64,000 nucleotides of DNA, from the IMG/VR virus record IMGVR_UViG_3300011885_000055. The stretch is one strand, 5' to 3'. Numbering within the stretch: position 1 is the stretch's first letter; every line of letters starts with the position of its first letter. Below the pieces are notes generated by a model. It was not told where the DNA came from, did not search any database, and worked only from the letters and a program-made list of their open reading frames with translations. Below are positions 32,825-40,542 of this stretch, piece after piece. Source of the DNA: an uncultured virus (IMG/VR IMGVR_UViG_3300011885_000055) (taxonomy: Duplodnaviria; Heunggongvirae; Uroviricota; Caudoviricetes). Both the position numbers and the translations under genes were made by a program.

Positions 32825-33181
32825 GTGAACCTACTTCTCTTGTTAATATTAATCATTTAATTAATGTTGATAGCATTAATTAAATGGTTATTCAAACACT
32901 TCTCTTGTTAATATTGACTGTATAATGTAAGAGAACTCAGAAGATTAATTCCTCATTCAAATACTTCTCTTGTTAATATTAACTCTGAATGTGTATTATG
33001 GACAGATCACAGTGAAACTCCATTCAAATACTTCTCTTGTTAATATTAACTATGGCTAATAGTAGTCGAGCCACAAACCAGTAACCAATTCAAATACTTC
33101 TCTTGTTAATATTAACTCTTTTTCAATATAAAAATGGTATTATCTATTTGATATTCAAATACTTCTCTTGTTAATATTAAC
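32825..33181 (-). CRISPR. CRISPR array: 6 repeats of 29 bp (GTTAATATTAACAAGAGAAGTATTTGAAT), 5 spacers of 36-38 bp
   Basis: Repeats at 33153-33181, 33088-33116, 33022-33050, 32955-32983 (identical), 32890-32918 (2 mismatches) and 32825-32853 (degenerate trailer); spacers 36, 37, 38, 36, 36 nt. Degeneracy polarity implies minus-strand transcription. Confidence 0.97.
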
Positions 33182-33211
33182 TACTAGTATTAAAGTCATT
33201 CCAACAAAAGT

Positions 33212-33392
33212 ATACTTAAATATAAAATGAGAAGTATCGTAGTAGAACCCTAGTTTATAACTACTCCCCTACTAACCTTTACCAAGTAAAATATACTTGA
33301 GGCATTATCGAGTGTTAAATACCTTTAAATATAGTAATATCAATACATTTCATGTATTCACTTCTCGATTTAGGTTGGTAAATCAACCTCTA
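33212..33392 (-). ncRNA. Putative Cas12f tracrRNA
   Basis: Minus strand: hairpin AGGTTG/CAACCT, CGAGAAGTG...AACACTCG pairing, hairpin CAAGTA/TACTTG, hairpin AGTAG/CTACT, then anti-repeat ATACTTCTC (33229-33237) complementary to the repeat GAGAAGTAT. Confidence 0.75.
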
Positions 33393-33398
33393 TTGTTT

Positions 33399-34727
33399 TT
33401 AACTACATTTTACTACTTCTGTTTCTTTAATTATAATATCAACATTTGGAATAGATATATTCTTACTAGCATTTACATCTGCATTTTCCCTGTGATTACA
33501 AATTACACATTCAAATTTTCCTTGATTCTCTTTACAATTTCTATTATCTTCATGAATACATCCACAATTACTACATCTTTTAGATGTATACATAGGATCT
33601 ATAAAAATGACTTTAATACCTATCTCATCAGATTTATCTTTAATTTTTTGTTGCAAATCATAGTAAGACCATTCTTTTAGGAACTTTTTATGTACATCTG
33701 CAGTAGCCTTAGATAAATCCTCCATCTGAATTACACCACAATTATTTTTGATAGCAAAATCTACAATGTATCTACTAACTTTATGGTTATATGTGTTAGA
33801 AAAATTTGAAATTTTATTTCGTACTCTATTGATAGACTTCATTCTTGTTTTATATCCGTGTCCAGTTTTACCTTTACCAGGACATTTATTAGCAATAGAT
33901 AACTCTCTTCTTTTATTATATTCTTTTTGCCTAAACGCTATTAATTCCTTACCACTAATAACATTATTTTTCCAACTAAAATAATCCCAGTCTTTAGTAT
34001 TATTATCCCATATACTCATAGCTGCTACATTAACTATTCCTAAATCTATGCCTAATAACCTATTTACATCTAATTCTTTTAGTTGTGGCTCAAATGAAAA
34101 TGATATTATAAACTCAATTTTACCTTTTTTAGATATACTTAATTGAGATGAACCTTGTTTATATTCACCGCTAATAATCTTATTTAAAACAGATTTTTTA
34201 TTATTATCTAATTTGTCTATCTTAAATTCTATTTTATATCCTGCTTTTTCACCAATAGATTGTAATCCTTCTTTACTATATAATCCAATATCAACATAGT
34301 ATCCATTATAATTTCTCAATACATAATTATTATTCTTTATATAAACAGGAGTATCTAATTTATATGTAGGCAGATTGGCCCTATAATTAATCACATCTTT
34401 TTTTAATCTTTTCCAGTCATTTTGAACCAATTGTTGATGCATTGTACTTACATTAGAAGTATTACATATATTCATAATATCTTTCATATGCTTCTCAACA
34501 ACATTTCTATAGGTCTTCCCATAAGTATTTTTCTCATACTCACTTTGATCGAAGTTTTTATCTTCATTCTTTTTCTCAATAATCGATATAGCATAGTCTT
34601 TCCACATGGATATACCTTTATTAGCAGCTTTACATGATAAATAACTCATATCCTTTATTATTTTTTTCACTTCTCTAATATCTCTATTTAAACATTTATT
34701 TAACACTATCTTTATAGATTTATTCAT
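33399..34727 (-). CDS. cas12f: Type V-F CRISPR effector, Cas12f1-like (TnpB-related RuvC nuclease, about 442 aa)
   Basis: RuvC-I LGIDLG, RuvC-II IQMEDL, Zn finger YTSKRCSNCG...CVIC, RuvC-III NADVNA; IISGEYK, FEPQ, GHG, WSYYDLQQKI and IPNVD..I match AsCas12f1 as recalled; adjacent to the array. Second ATG (34727) fits RBS spacing better than 34733. Confidence 0.88.
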   Translation of the reverse strand: MNKSIKIVLNKCLNRDIREVKKIIKDMSYLSCKAANKGISMWKDYAISIIEKKNEDKNFDQSEYEKNTYGKTYRNVVEKHMKDIMNICNTSNVSTMHQQLVQNDWKRLKKDVINYRANLPTYKLDTPVYIKNNNYVLRNYNGYYVDIGLYSKEGLQSIGEKAGYKIEFKIDKLDNNKKSVLNKIISGEYKQGSSQLSISKKGKIEFIISFSFEPQLKELDVNRLLGIDLGIVNVAAMSIWDNNTKDWDYFSWKNNVISGKELIAFRQKEYNKRRELSIANKCPGKGKTGHGYKTRMKSINRVRNKISNFSNTYNHKVSRYIVDFAIKNNCGVIQMEDLSKATADVHKKFLKEWSYYDLQQKIKDKSDEIGIKVIFIDPMYTSKRCSNCGCIHEDNRNCKENQGKFECVICNHRENADVNASKNISIPNVDIIIKETEVVKCS

Positions 34728-34810
34728 ACTCATATCTCCTTTCTTTGGATATGGTATGTAAAATATTAAAATATATTCGTATTAGTTAAATTAATAAATT
34801 AGATTTTCCT

Positions 34811-35569
34811 CTAGGCATAGTTTGTTATTATTAATTCTTTATATTTTTTACGAGCTTCTGCTTCTCTTGATACAGAATAATTTACTTCAACTTCTCTAAT
34901 ATTAAATCCCTTATACCATTCATGTACCTTCTCATGGTCATTAATTGTTAATAAAAACTTACCTTTAATATTTTTTAGCTTATCTCTTAATATTATATGC
35001 TCTTCTTCATCAAACTTATTTCCATATCCACATGTCTCAAAGTAAGGAGGATCGCAAAAGAAAAAGCTATGCTCTCTATCATATTTATCTATTATCTTTG
35101 AAAAATCTAAATTCTCTACATATGTATTTTTCAGTCTTTGCGATAGCTCTGATAGTACATTCTTATAAAATATTTGTTGTGATGGCTTTCCAACTGTCGA
35201 ATATCCATAAACTCCACCTTTCCCTGCAAAGCTTTGAGTTATTGTATACAAAAATCTAACTGCTCTATTTATTTCTGTTAGATACTCTAAATTTAAATGC
35301 TTGTACTCTTCGAATACATCTCTTCCTGAAAACTCAAATTCAAGTTGCCTTTCTATTTCAGGAGCATGATATTTAATCATTTTATAGAGATTTATAAGCT
35401 CCTTATCTATATCATTTATTATTTCTGTTTTGCTCTGCTCTTTCCCAAAATAAACCCATCCAGCTCCAAAGAATAACTCAATATAGCATTTATGCTCTGG
35501 TATCATTTCTATTATTGTTTTTCTTAATTTAGATTTTCCTCCAACTCTACATATTGGTGGTTTTAACAT
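34811..35569 (-). CDS. DNA adenine methyltransferase (Dam/D12 class)
   Basis: RVGGKSKL, YIELFFGAG, INDID, FFCDPPY. Confidence 0.9.
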   Translation of the reverse strand: MLKPPICRVGGKSKLRKTIIEMIPEHKCYIELFFGAGWVYFGKEQSKTEIINDIDKELINLYKMIKYHAPEIERQLEFEFSGRDVFEEYKHLNLEYLTEINRAVRFLYTITQSFAGKGGVYGYSTVGKPSQQIFYKNVLSELSQRLKNTYVENLDFSKIIDKYDREHSFFFCDPPYFETCGYGNKFDEEEHIILRDKLKNIKGKFLLTINDHEKVHEWYKGFNIREVEVNYSVSREAEARKKYKELIITNYA

Positions 35570-35601
35570 ATCATCACTACCTTTACATTAAATACACTCT
35601 A

Positions 35602-35630
35602 ATTATACCGAACACATTTTCGTATGTAAA
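35602..35630 (-). promoter_or_regulatory. Sigma-A promoter with an embedded LexA/SOS box-like operator
   Basis: TTTACA-N17-TATAAT on the minus strand; CGAAC-ACAT-TTTCG at 35609-35622, one mismatch from the Bacillota consensus CGAAC-N4-GTTCG. Confidence 0.7.
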
Positions 35631-35729
35631 GTATATGTTTTCTTTTTAACTTTATTGCCCTGTGCATATAACTTACTTTAAGAGTTTATAATTTATTTGA
35701 GTTCATCCTAAATATTTGATTATTAAAAG

Positions 35730-35753
35730 AAAAAAGGTAGCAGTAATGCTACC
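35730..35753 (-). terminator. Intrinsic terminator
   Basis: GGTAGCA-TTAC-TGCTACC hairpin plus U-tract. Confidence 0.7.
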
Positions 35754-35785
35754 CTAACTTTTTATTATTACTCTTTGACTTTGTC

Positions 35786-36397
35786 CTATTTTAAATTGAA
35801 TTGAGCTTTAATCTCTAACTTATCACCACTAAAAGTAAAGTTAGCATTTGAACCATCTTTATTCATCCATGTGTACATTATAGATTCCATATCCATAATT
35901 CTTGTTTGAGAAGTTAATTGACCTTCACCTAATATTGCTTTAACTTCATCATATGTCATTCCTTCTGTAGCTTGATTATATTTTTCTAACGTTATCCCAG
36001 CGTCCATATTACCTAATCCAACTTGAGCTTTTGCAGTTACTTCATCATTTTGTATTGTAACATTAACATTACTTATTCCTGAACCATTCCAAGTATACAT
36101 TTTACTTTTAATGCCGCCTATTTCTGATGAACTTAACTCTTTTCCTTCTCCTAGTATTGCAACCACTTCATCATATTTAGCACCCATGTTTATTTTTAAG
36201 AAATTTTCATAATTTATTTTTGTATCTTCTTTCTTTTCTGATTTCTTTTCTTGTTGTTTTTCAGCTGATTTTGTTGAGTTTTCATTCTTTGTATCAGTCT
36301 TATCTTCTCCTCCATTAATTGCAGCAGCAATAACAATTATAACTATAATAAGCCAGAACCACCATCTTTTATAAAACTTCTTATTCCCTTTTGCCAT
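35786..36397 (-). CDS. Membrane-anchored DUF3862/BLIP-like repeat protein (moron)
   Basis: KKFYKRWWFW plus TM helix; two repeats of I..E.Y..I..GM.YDEV.AILGEG. Confidence 0.7.
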   Translation of the reverse strand: MAKGNKKFYKRWWFWLIIVIIVIAAAINGGEDKTDTKNENSTKSAEKQQEKKSEKKEDTKINYENFLKINMGAKYDEVVAILGEGKELSSSEIGGIKSKMYTWNGSGISNVNVTIQNDEVTAKAQVGLGNMDAGITLEKYNQATEGMTYDEVKAILGEGQLTSQTRIMDMESIMYTWMNKDGSNANFTFSGDKLEIKAQFNLK

Positions 36398-36534
36398 TTG
36401 ATTAACCCCCTAAATTTTTAGTTTACATGAATATCTTACCATTTTATAAGATATTGTCAATTCATTGTGTATAAATTTTAAATTATATGTCTATAATCTA
36501 AATACATCTTAAACAATATTCTCATACAAAAGAA

Positions 36535-36572
36535 AAAATAGGCTAGTAAGGATTTTATTCCCTACTAGCCTT
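36535..36572 (-). terminator. Intrinsic terminator
   Basis: aggctagta...tactagcct stem. Confidence 0.6.
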
Positions 36573-36659
36573 TAAATTATATTAAATTTTCAAATATCAT
36601 GATCCATCAAGTAAAACCTTACAAGTAATATTATTACCTCAAATTTTTAAATTACTATT

Positions 36660-36986
36660 TTATTTTTGTGAAGCATCAGATGTATTTTCTTCAATTTTAT
36701 TTTTCTTTTTAACCCATTTTATACAATATATAAAATAAACTCCTAGTAATATTATAAGAATGATACTTGCATACCATGGTATTCCAAATTGGTAACTATT
36801 ATTAAAACACCATATTAATTTATCTATACAACTAGTAGTATGTATCATCACTATAAGTAATAGACAAAATATACCGCCTATTAAATTTACTCTTCCTTCC
36901 TCACTGCTTGTTTCAGCCTTTATACATTCTATAAATGCACCCTTAATAATTTCTATAATTGAATCTTCCGGCCTATTTGTATCCAT
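36660..36986 (-). CDS. Hypothetical two-TM membrane protein
   Basis: Two hydrophobic helices; overlaps the upstream gene. Confidence 0.55.
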   Translation of the reverse strand: MDTNRPEDSIIEIIKGAFIECIKAETSSEEGRVNLIGGIFCLLLIVMIHTTSCIDKLIWCFNNSYQFGIPWYASIILIILLGVYFIYCIKWVKKKNKIEENTSDASQK

Positions 36987-37584
36987 ATTTACTCCTACCT
37001 GTTTTTATAGACACTAATCCTGTTGATAACCAGCCTAATCCCATTAGTACTCCAAAAATATAGATCACAGGATGAATAATATAAATTCCATTTGTGATAA
37101 ATAATACAATGCCCATAATTGAAAGCAAAATAACTACAGTAGATATTGAAATTATTTCAGTATGTGCATTTTTTAAAGCTTTAACTTTTTTTAATCTCAT
37201 ATTTTCATCCTCCTTACTAATTTCATTTTCCTTAATAGTATTATTATATTTTAATAGTACTGTAATATTCTCAAATGTAGCTTTATTATTAATTATTTTA
37301 TTTTCAAATTTATTATTGGGAACTTCTTTCTCAACAATTCTATCTGTATACATTATTTCTTTATTACTATCATTATATACACAAGTCTCATATATTGCAC
37401 TACCTAAATAATTAACATTTTGTGTATTATTTGATCTAACTATTCCATTGGCTGCTACAGTTATACAACATACAATCGCTCCTTTAGTTATAAAACTATT
37501 GATTGCAGGTCTATTATTTGAATTTAATACTTTTATTCCTATATCTTCGTTCATACTAGACATTGCCTTCTGTTGCCTTTGCAT
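36973..37584 (-). CDS. Hypothetical membrane protein
   Basis: Two C-terminal TM helices; true start likely near 37563 or 37554. Confidence 0.5.
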   Translation of the reverse strand: MQRQQKAMSSMNEDIGIKVLNSNNRPAINSFITKGAIVCCITVAANGIVRSNNTQNVNYLGSAIYETCVYNDSNKEIMYTDRIVEKEVPNNKFENKIINNKATFENITVLLKYNNTIKENEISKEDENMRLKKVKALKNAHTEIISISTVVILLSIMGIVLFITNGIYIIHPVIYIFGVLMGLGWLSTGLVSIKTGRSKYGYK

Positions 37585-37981
37585 AAATAATACTTTCGCC
37601 TATTTTCTCATCATTATAATAAACTTCACTTACATATAAACCCTCTTCCTTGATTACTACATTTCTAAAGTCCATATTTATCATAAATCCTCTCGCTTCT
37701 TCAGGTAAGGTAATCTCTTTTTCCTCAGGACTTTGTAAATTTTGATTTCCAGTATCAACTATTGCCTCAATTGAATCCTTTTTTTTGAAAACCACCCTAA
37801 AAGTTTTCATACCTTTTATATCTTCTTCACCAATATGCATAAAAATACTAAATGAAAACATTCCTGGAATAAACATTGGTGATAATGTTATTAATGGTCC
37901 TACTAAATGAGGCTTAGGACCATTTGGTGTAATTTCCATATTAACACCTTCACAATATAAAAATGATTTTAAACATGCCAT
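37556..37981 (-). CDS. Hypothetical protein (DUF6941-like beta-sandwich)
   Basis: FLYCE...IPGMFSFSI...NVVIKEEGLY motif; GGGGAG RBS. Confidence 0.55.
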   Translation of the reverse strand: MACLKSFLYCEGVNMEITPNGPKPHLVGPLITLSPMFIPGMFSFSIFMHIGEEDIKGMKTFRVVFKKKDSIEAIVDTGNQNLQSPEEKEITLPEEARGFMINMDFRNVVIKEEGLYVSEVYYNDEKIGESIIYAKATEGNV

Positions 37982-38161
37982 AATATCTCCCCTTAATTAC
38001 ATTTTGTAATTCAAATATTCGACATATATATCCAAATTCCTTTTTCCATAGTATATAATATAGTACCAACTTATATATAAACAAATACTATAAAAAGTAT
38101 ATAAAAAACATGCAAAATAAAAATAAGGGTAGCAAGTTTTACCTCACTACCCTTTAAAATA

Positions 38162-38989
38162 TTATTTTAAATGTTCATATACTGCCTGTGCAGTTTCATT
38201 TCTTCCAGCTCCATAATGGTGCTTAGTTGCTTTCATATCTTTTAATCCACCACCAACAGCATGTACAGAAGTACCTCTTATGAATCCTTTTTTATACTCT
38301 TCATCAGATACACATATAGAATCTTCATTTCTAGCATTAAGAATCCTATCAAAGAACTCTGCTGTAACTTTATCTGCAGTACCTTCTTTATAGACAATAA
38401 CATTTCTATATTTCTTAATATTAACATTGCTATTATTAGTCTTAATAGCAATACCTAAATGCTTAAGTATTCCATGAGCTATAACAATACCATTCCTTTT
38501 CTGCTCTGCTACTGTATCTGCTATTTGTACATCTTGTTTATTGTCTAGGAAACATACCTCAACTATTACTGCATCCATATTAGTATTACGGATCACATGG
38601 TAATAGTCTTTATTGTCACTACCTTTTTTCTCATAAACTTTCTTTTGTTGTCCTAATTTAGCAGCCATTTCATTTAAAATTGAATTAGCTAATTTTTGCC
38701 CCTTTCCTCTATAGATAGAGTGTATTCCTTCTCCTCTATCTCCACCACCAGCATTATGATGTATAGATACAAAATAATTTACACCTAGACTATTAGCCTT
38801 AGAAGTCCTTGCGTCTAGAGATACAAATACATCTGTTGTTCTAGCTTCACTTACAGTAACACCATGTCTTCTTAATTCAGCAGCACAAGAAAGTCCAGTA
38901 ACCAAATTAGCGTTTTTCTCTACTACACCATTTCCAACTGCTCCACTATCACTTCCACCATGTCCATAATCTAAAAATACCTTTGCCAT
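38162..38989 (-). CDS. Endolysin, N-acetylmuramoyl-L-alanine amidase (Amidase_3)
   Basis: VFLDYGHGGSDSGA...EK, FVSIHHNA, AVIVEVCFLDN; start ATG 38989 after AAGGAGG. Confidence 0.92.
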   Translation of the reverse strand: MAKVFLDYGHGGSDSGAVGNGVVEKNANLVTGLSCAAELRRHGVTVSEARTTDVFVSLDARTSKANSLGVNYFVSIHHNAGGGDRGEGIHSIYRGKGQKLANSILNEMAAKLGQQKKVYEKKGSDNKDYYHVIRNTNMDAVIVEVCFLDNKQDVQIADTVAEQKRNGIVIAHGILKHLGIAIKTNNSNVNIKKYRNVIVYKEGTADKVTAEFFDRILNARNEDSICVSDEEYKKGFIRGTSVHAVGGGLKDMKATKHHYGAGRNETAQAVYEHLK

Positions 38990-39048
38990 AATATATTCCT
39001 CCTTAAATTTTGAAAAATAAAAGAGTAGGATTGCTCCCACTCTGTAGA

Positions 39049-39300
39049 CTACTCTTTAGATATTTGCTTAATTAATTGATTGCCATATACTGCAGCTCCA
39101 GTTACCAATATACCTTGAATAACACTATCTGCACTAAAACCACTCATAACCCATACGCTTAATGCAATACCTATAGGTAATAAAATTACCGGTATATACT
39201 TATCTTTTATCCTCTCAGTGTTCTTTAAAATAGCTCCGATTATTAGCAGTACTGGTATAAGTATTAGAGCATTTTCTGTAATGTAATTAATAATTTCCAT
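39049..39300 (-). CDS. Phage holin
   Basis: Hydrophobic 83 aa with DKYIP...QGILVTGAAVYGNQLIKQ; directly upstream of the amidase. Confidence 0.85.
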   Translation of the reverse strand: MEIINYITENALILIPVLLIIGAILKNTERIKDKYIPVILLPIGIALSVWVMSGFSADSVIQGILVTGAAVYGNQLIKQISKE

Positions 39301-39315
39301 AATTATCTCTCCTTC

Positions 39316-39549
39316 TTATTTAAAAATATTATTTTGAATTGCATAAAAAAAGAACCCTGCAAAGGAACCTACAATTAAACCTATAAACCACTTCATTACT
39401 GTTGTTAATGATTTAAGGTTTTCACATAAATTTTTAAGCTCTGTCTTTAATGCAACACTGTCCTGTTCAAGCTTATCTAATCTCTTGCTATGATCATTTA
39501 GCCTAATATCATGCACTTCAATTTGATGTCCTATTAATTCCTCATTCAT
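39316..39549 (-). CDS. XhlA-family lysis accessory protein
   Basis: Coiled coil RLNDHSKRLDKLE plus C-terminal TM helix, in the lysis cassette. Confidence 0.75.
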   Translation of the reverse strand: MNEELIGHQIEVHDIRLNDHSKRLDKLEQDSVALKTELKNLCENLKSLTTVMKWFIGLIVGSFAGFFFYAIQNNIFK

Positions 39550-39635
39550 ATTGCACCTTCTTTTTTCATTTTATAGTTATAAAAAAGAGACTAGATTTCT
39601 CTAATCTCTAAGCTCTATTAGTTCACAATATAATT

Positions 39636-39767
39636 CTATTGTTCTAGAACTTGCTCCATTATAATTACCTTTTGCTCCTCTGTAATCCAACCTTTCTGTA
39701 TAGCTCGGTCTAGACCAATCTCTGGTAATCTTCCCTCTTTCCAAAGTCTTGTTAATGTTTCAAACAT
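39636..39767 (-). CDS. XkdX-like small phage protein (43 aa, not in the ORF track)
   Basis: MFETLTRLWKEGRLPEIGLDRAIQKGWITEEQKVIIMEQVLEQ; KGWITEE motif and position after the tail fibre. Confidence 0.65.
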   Translation of the reverse strand: MFETLTRLWKEGRLPEIGLDRAIQKGWITEEQKVIIMEQVLEQ

Positions 39768-39770
39768 ACT

Positions 39771-40046
39771 CTACACCCCCAATAAGTTAGATAATACTAG
39801 TTCTTCTACTGTTTCTTTTAATATTTCTAGTTCTGTTTTAGGAATAGGCTTATTTTTTATTTCTTCAATTTCCTGTACCGTTAACCCCTCTACCCATCCA
39901 CTACCATTCCACCTAGGTTTTTGAAATCCATTAGGGCATTCTAACTCTATACAGTCTTGTGGTGTAATTTCTCCATCTTCCAACACCACATCTTCCATAA
40001 AAAAGCCTTGTCTATCTATTCTCAATACCTTTTTCACAAAAGTCAC
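39771..40046 (-). CDS. Tail fibre assembly-type protein
   Basis: CPNGFQKPRWNGSGWVEG motif; position. Confidence 0.55.
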   Translation of the reverse strand: MTFVKKVLRIDRQGFFMEDVVLEDGEITPQDCIELECPNGFQKPRWNGSGWVEGLTVQEIEEIKNKPIPKTELEILKETVEELVLSNLLGV

Positions 40047-40050
40047 TCCT

Positions 40051-40527
40051 CTACTTTAATTTAAATGCTATATTTATAGAATGTGTTGCTGTAAAATTGG
40101 TAGCCATTTGAACATTTCCATTCAGAGAAGATATTGTTGCAACTCCAACCACCCATTGACCAGAAGTATTTGTACATGCTACAGGAACAGCTATTGTACC
40201 TATAGGTTTATACGCTGCAGGCAACACAAAAATAACCGAATTTACAGTTCCCCCCTTTATTACGCCCTGTATATGAACAACATTATTAGTGTCTTTCCAA
40301 TATTTAACGACGCTATACCCTTCATTAAAATTCACCCACCCATTTAAAAGCGTTGGATAAATTGCTCCAATTGTCATTCCTTGTATGAAATTCGTCACTT
40401 CTGCCAATTGCGACTCAACTGTTTTACCATCATTACAGAATACCTGTGCTGCTTTAGTCTTAAAATGTATCTCGTCAAAGTCTGTTCCATTGTCTACTTT
40501 ATAAACAGCATTTTTTATTGTTCCCAT
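40051..40527 (-). CDS. Tail fibre / receptor-binding protein
   Basis: LLNGWVN...YWKD...VHIQG...IFVLPAAYKP fibre-tip motif. Confidence 0.65.
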   Translation of the reverse strand: MGTIKNAVYKVDNGTDFDEIHFKTKAAQVFCNDGKTVESQLAEVTNFIQGMTIGAIYPTLLNGWVNFNEGYSVVKYWKDTNNVVHIQGVIKGGTVNSVIFVLPAAYKPIGTIAVPVACTNTSGQWVVGVATISSLNGNVQMATNFTATHSINIAFKLK

Positions 40528-40542
40528 CTTTCCACTCTCCTT

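Noticed and set aside
32919..33152. Self-targeting spacers within the window
   Set aside because: No match noticed by eye; not exhaustive, so a computed search is still needed.
33297..33680. Plus-strand 127-aa ORF and the other short plus-strand ORFs in the track
   Set aside because: Antisense shadows of well-supported minus-strand genes, without RBS or motifs; only the GIY-YIG gene is credible on the plus strand.
33399..34733. Plain IS200/IS605 TnpB transposon
   Set aside because: No tnpA or recognisable IS ends; a true array, an anti-repeat and Cas12f1-like motifs are present.
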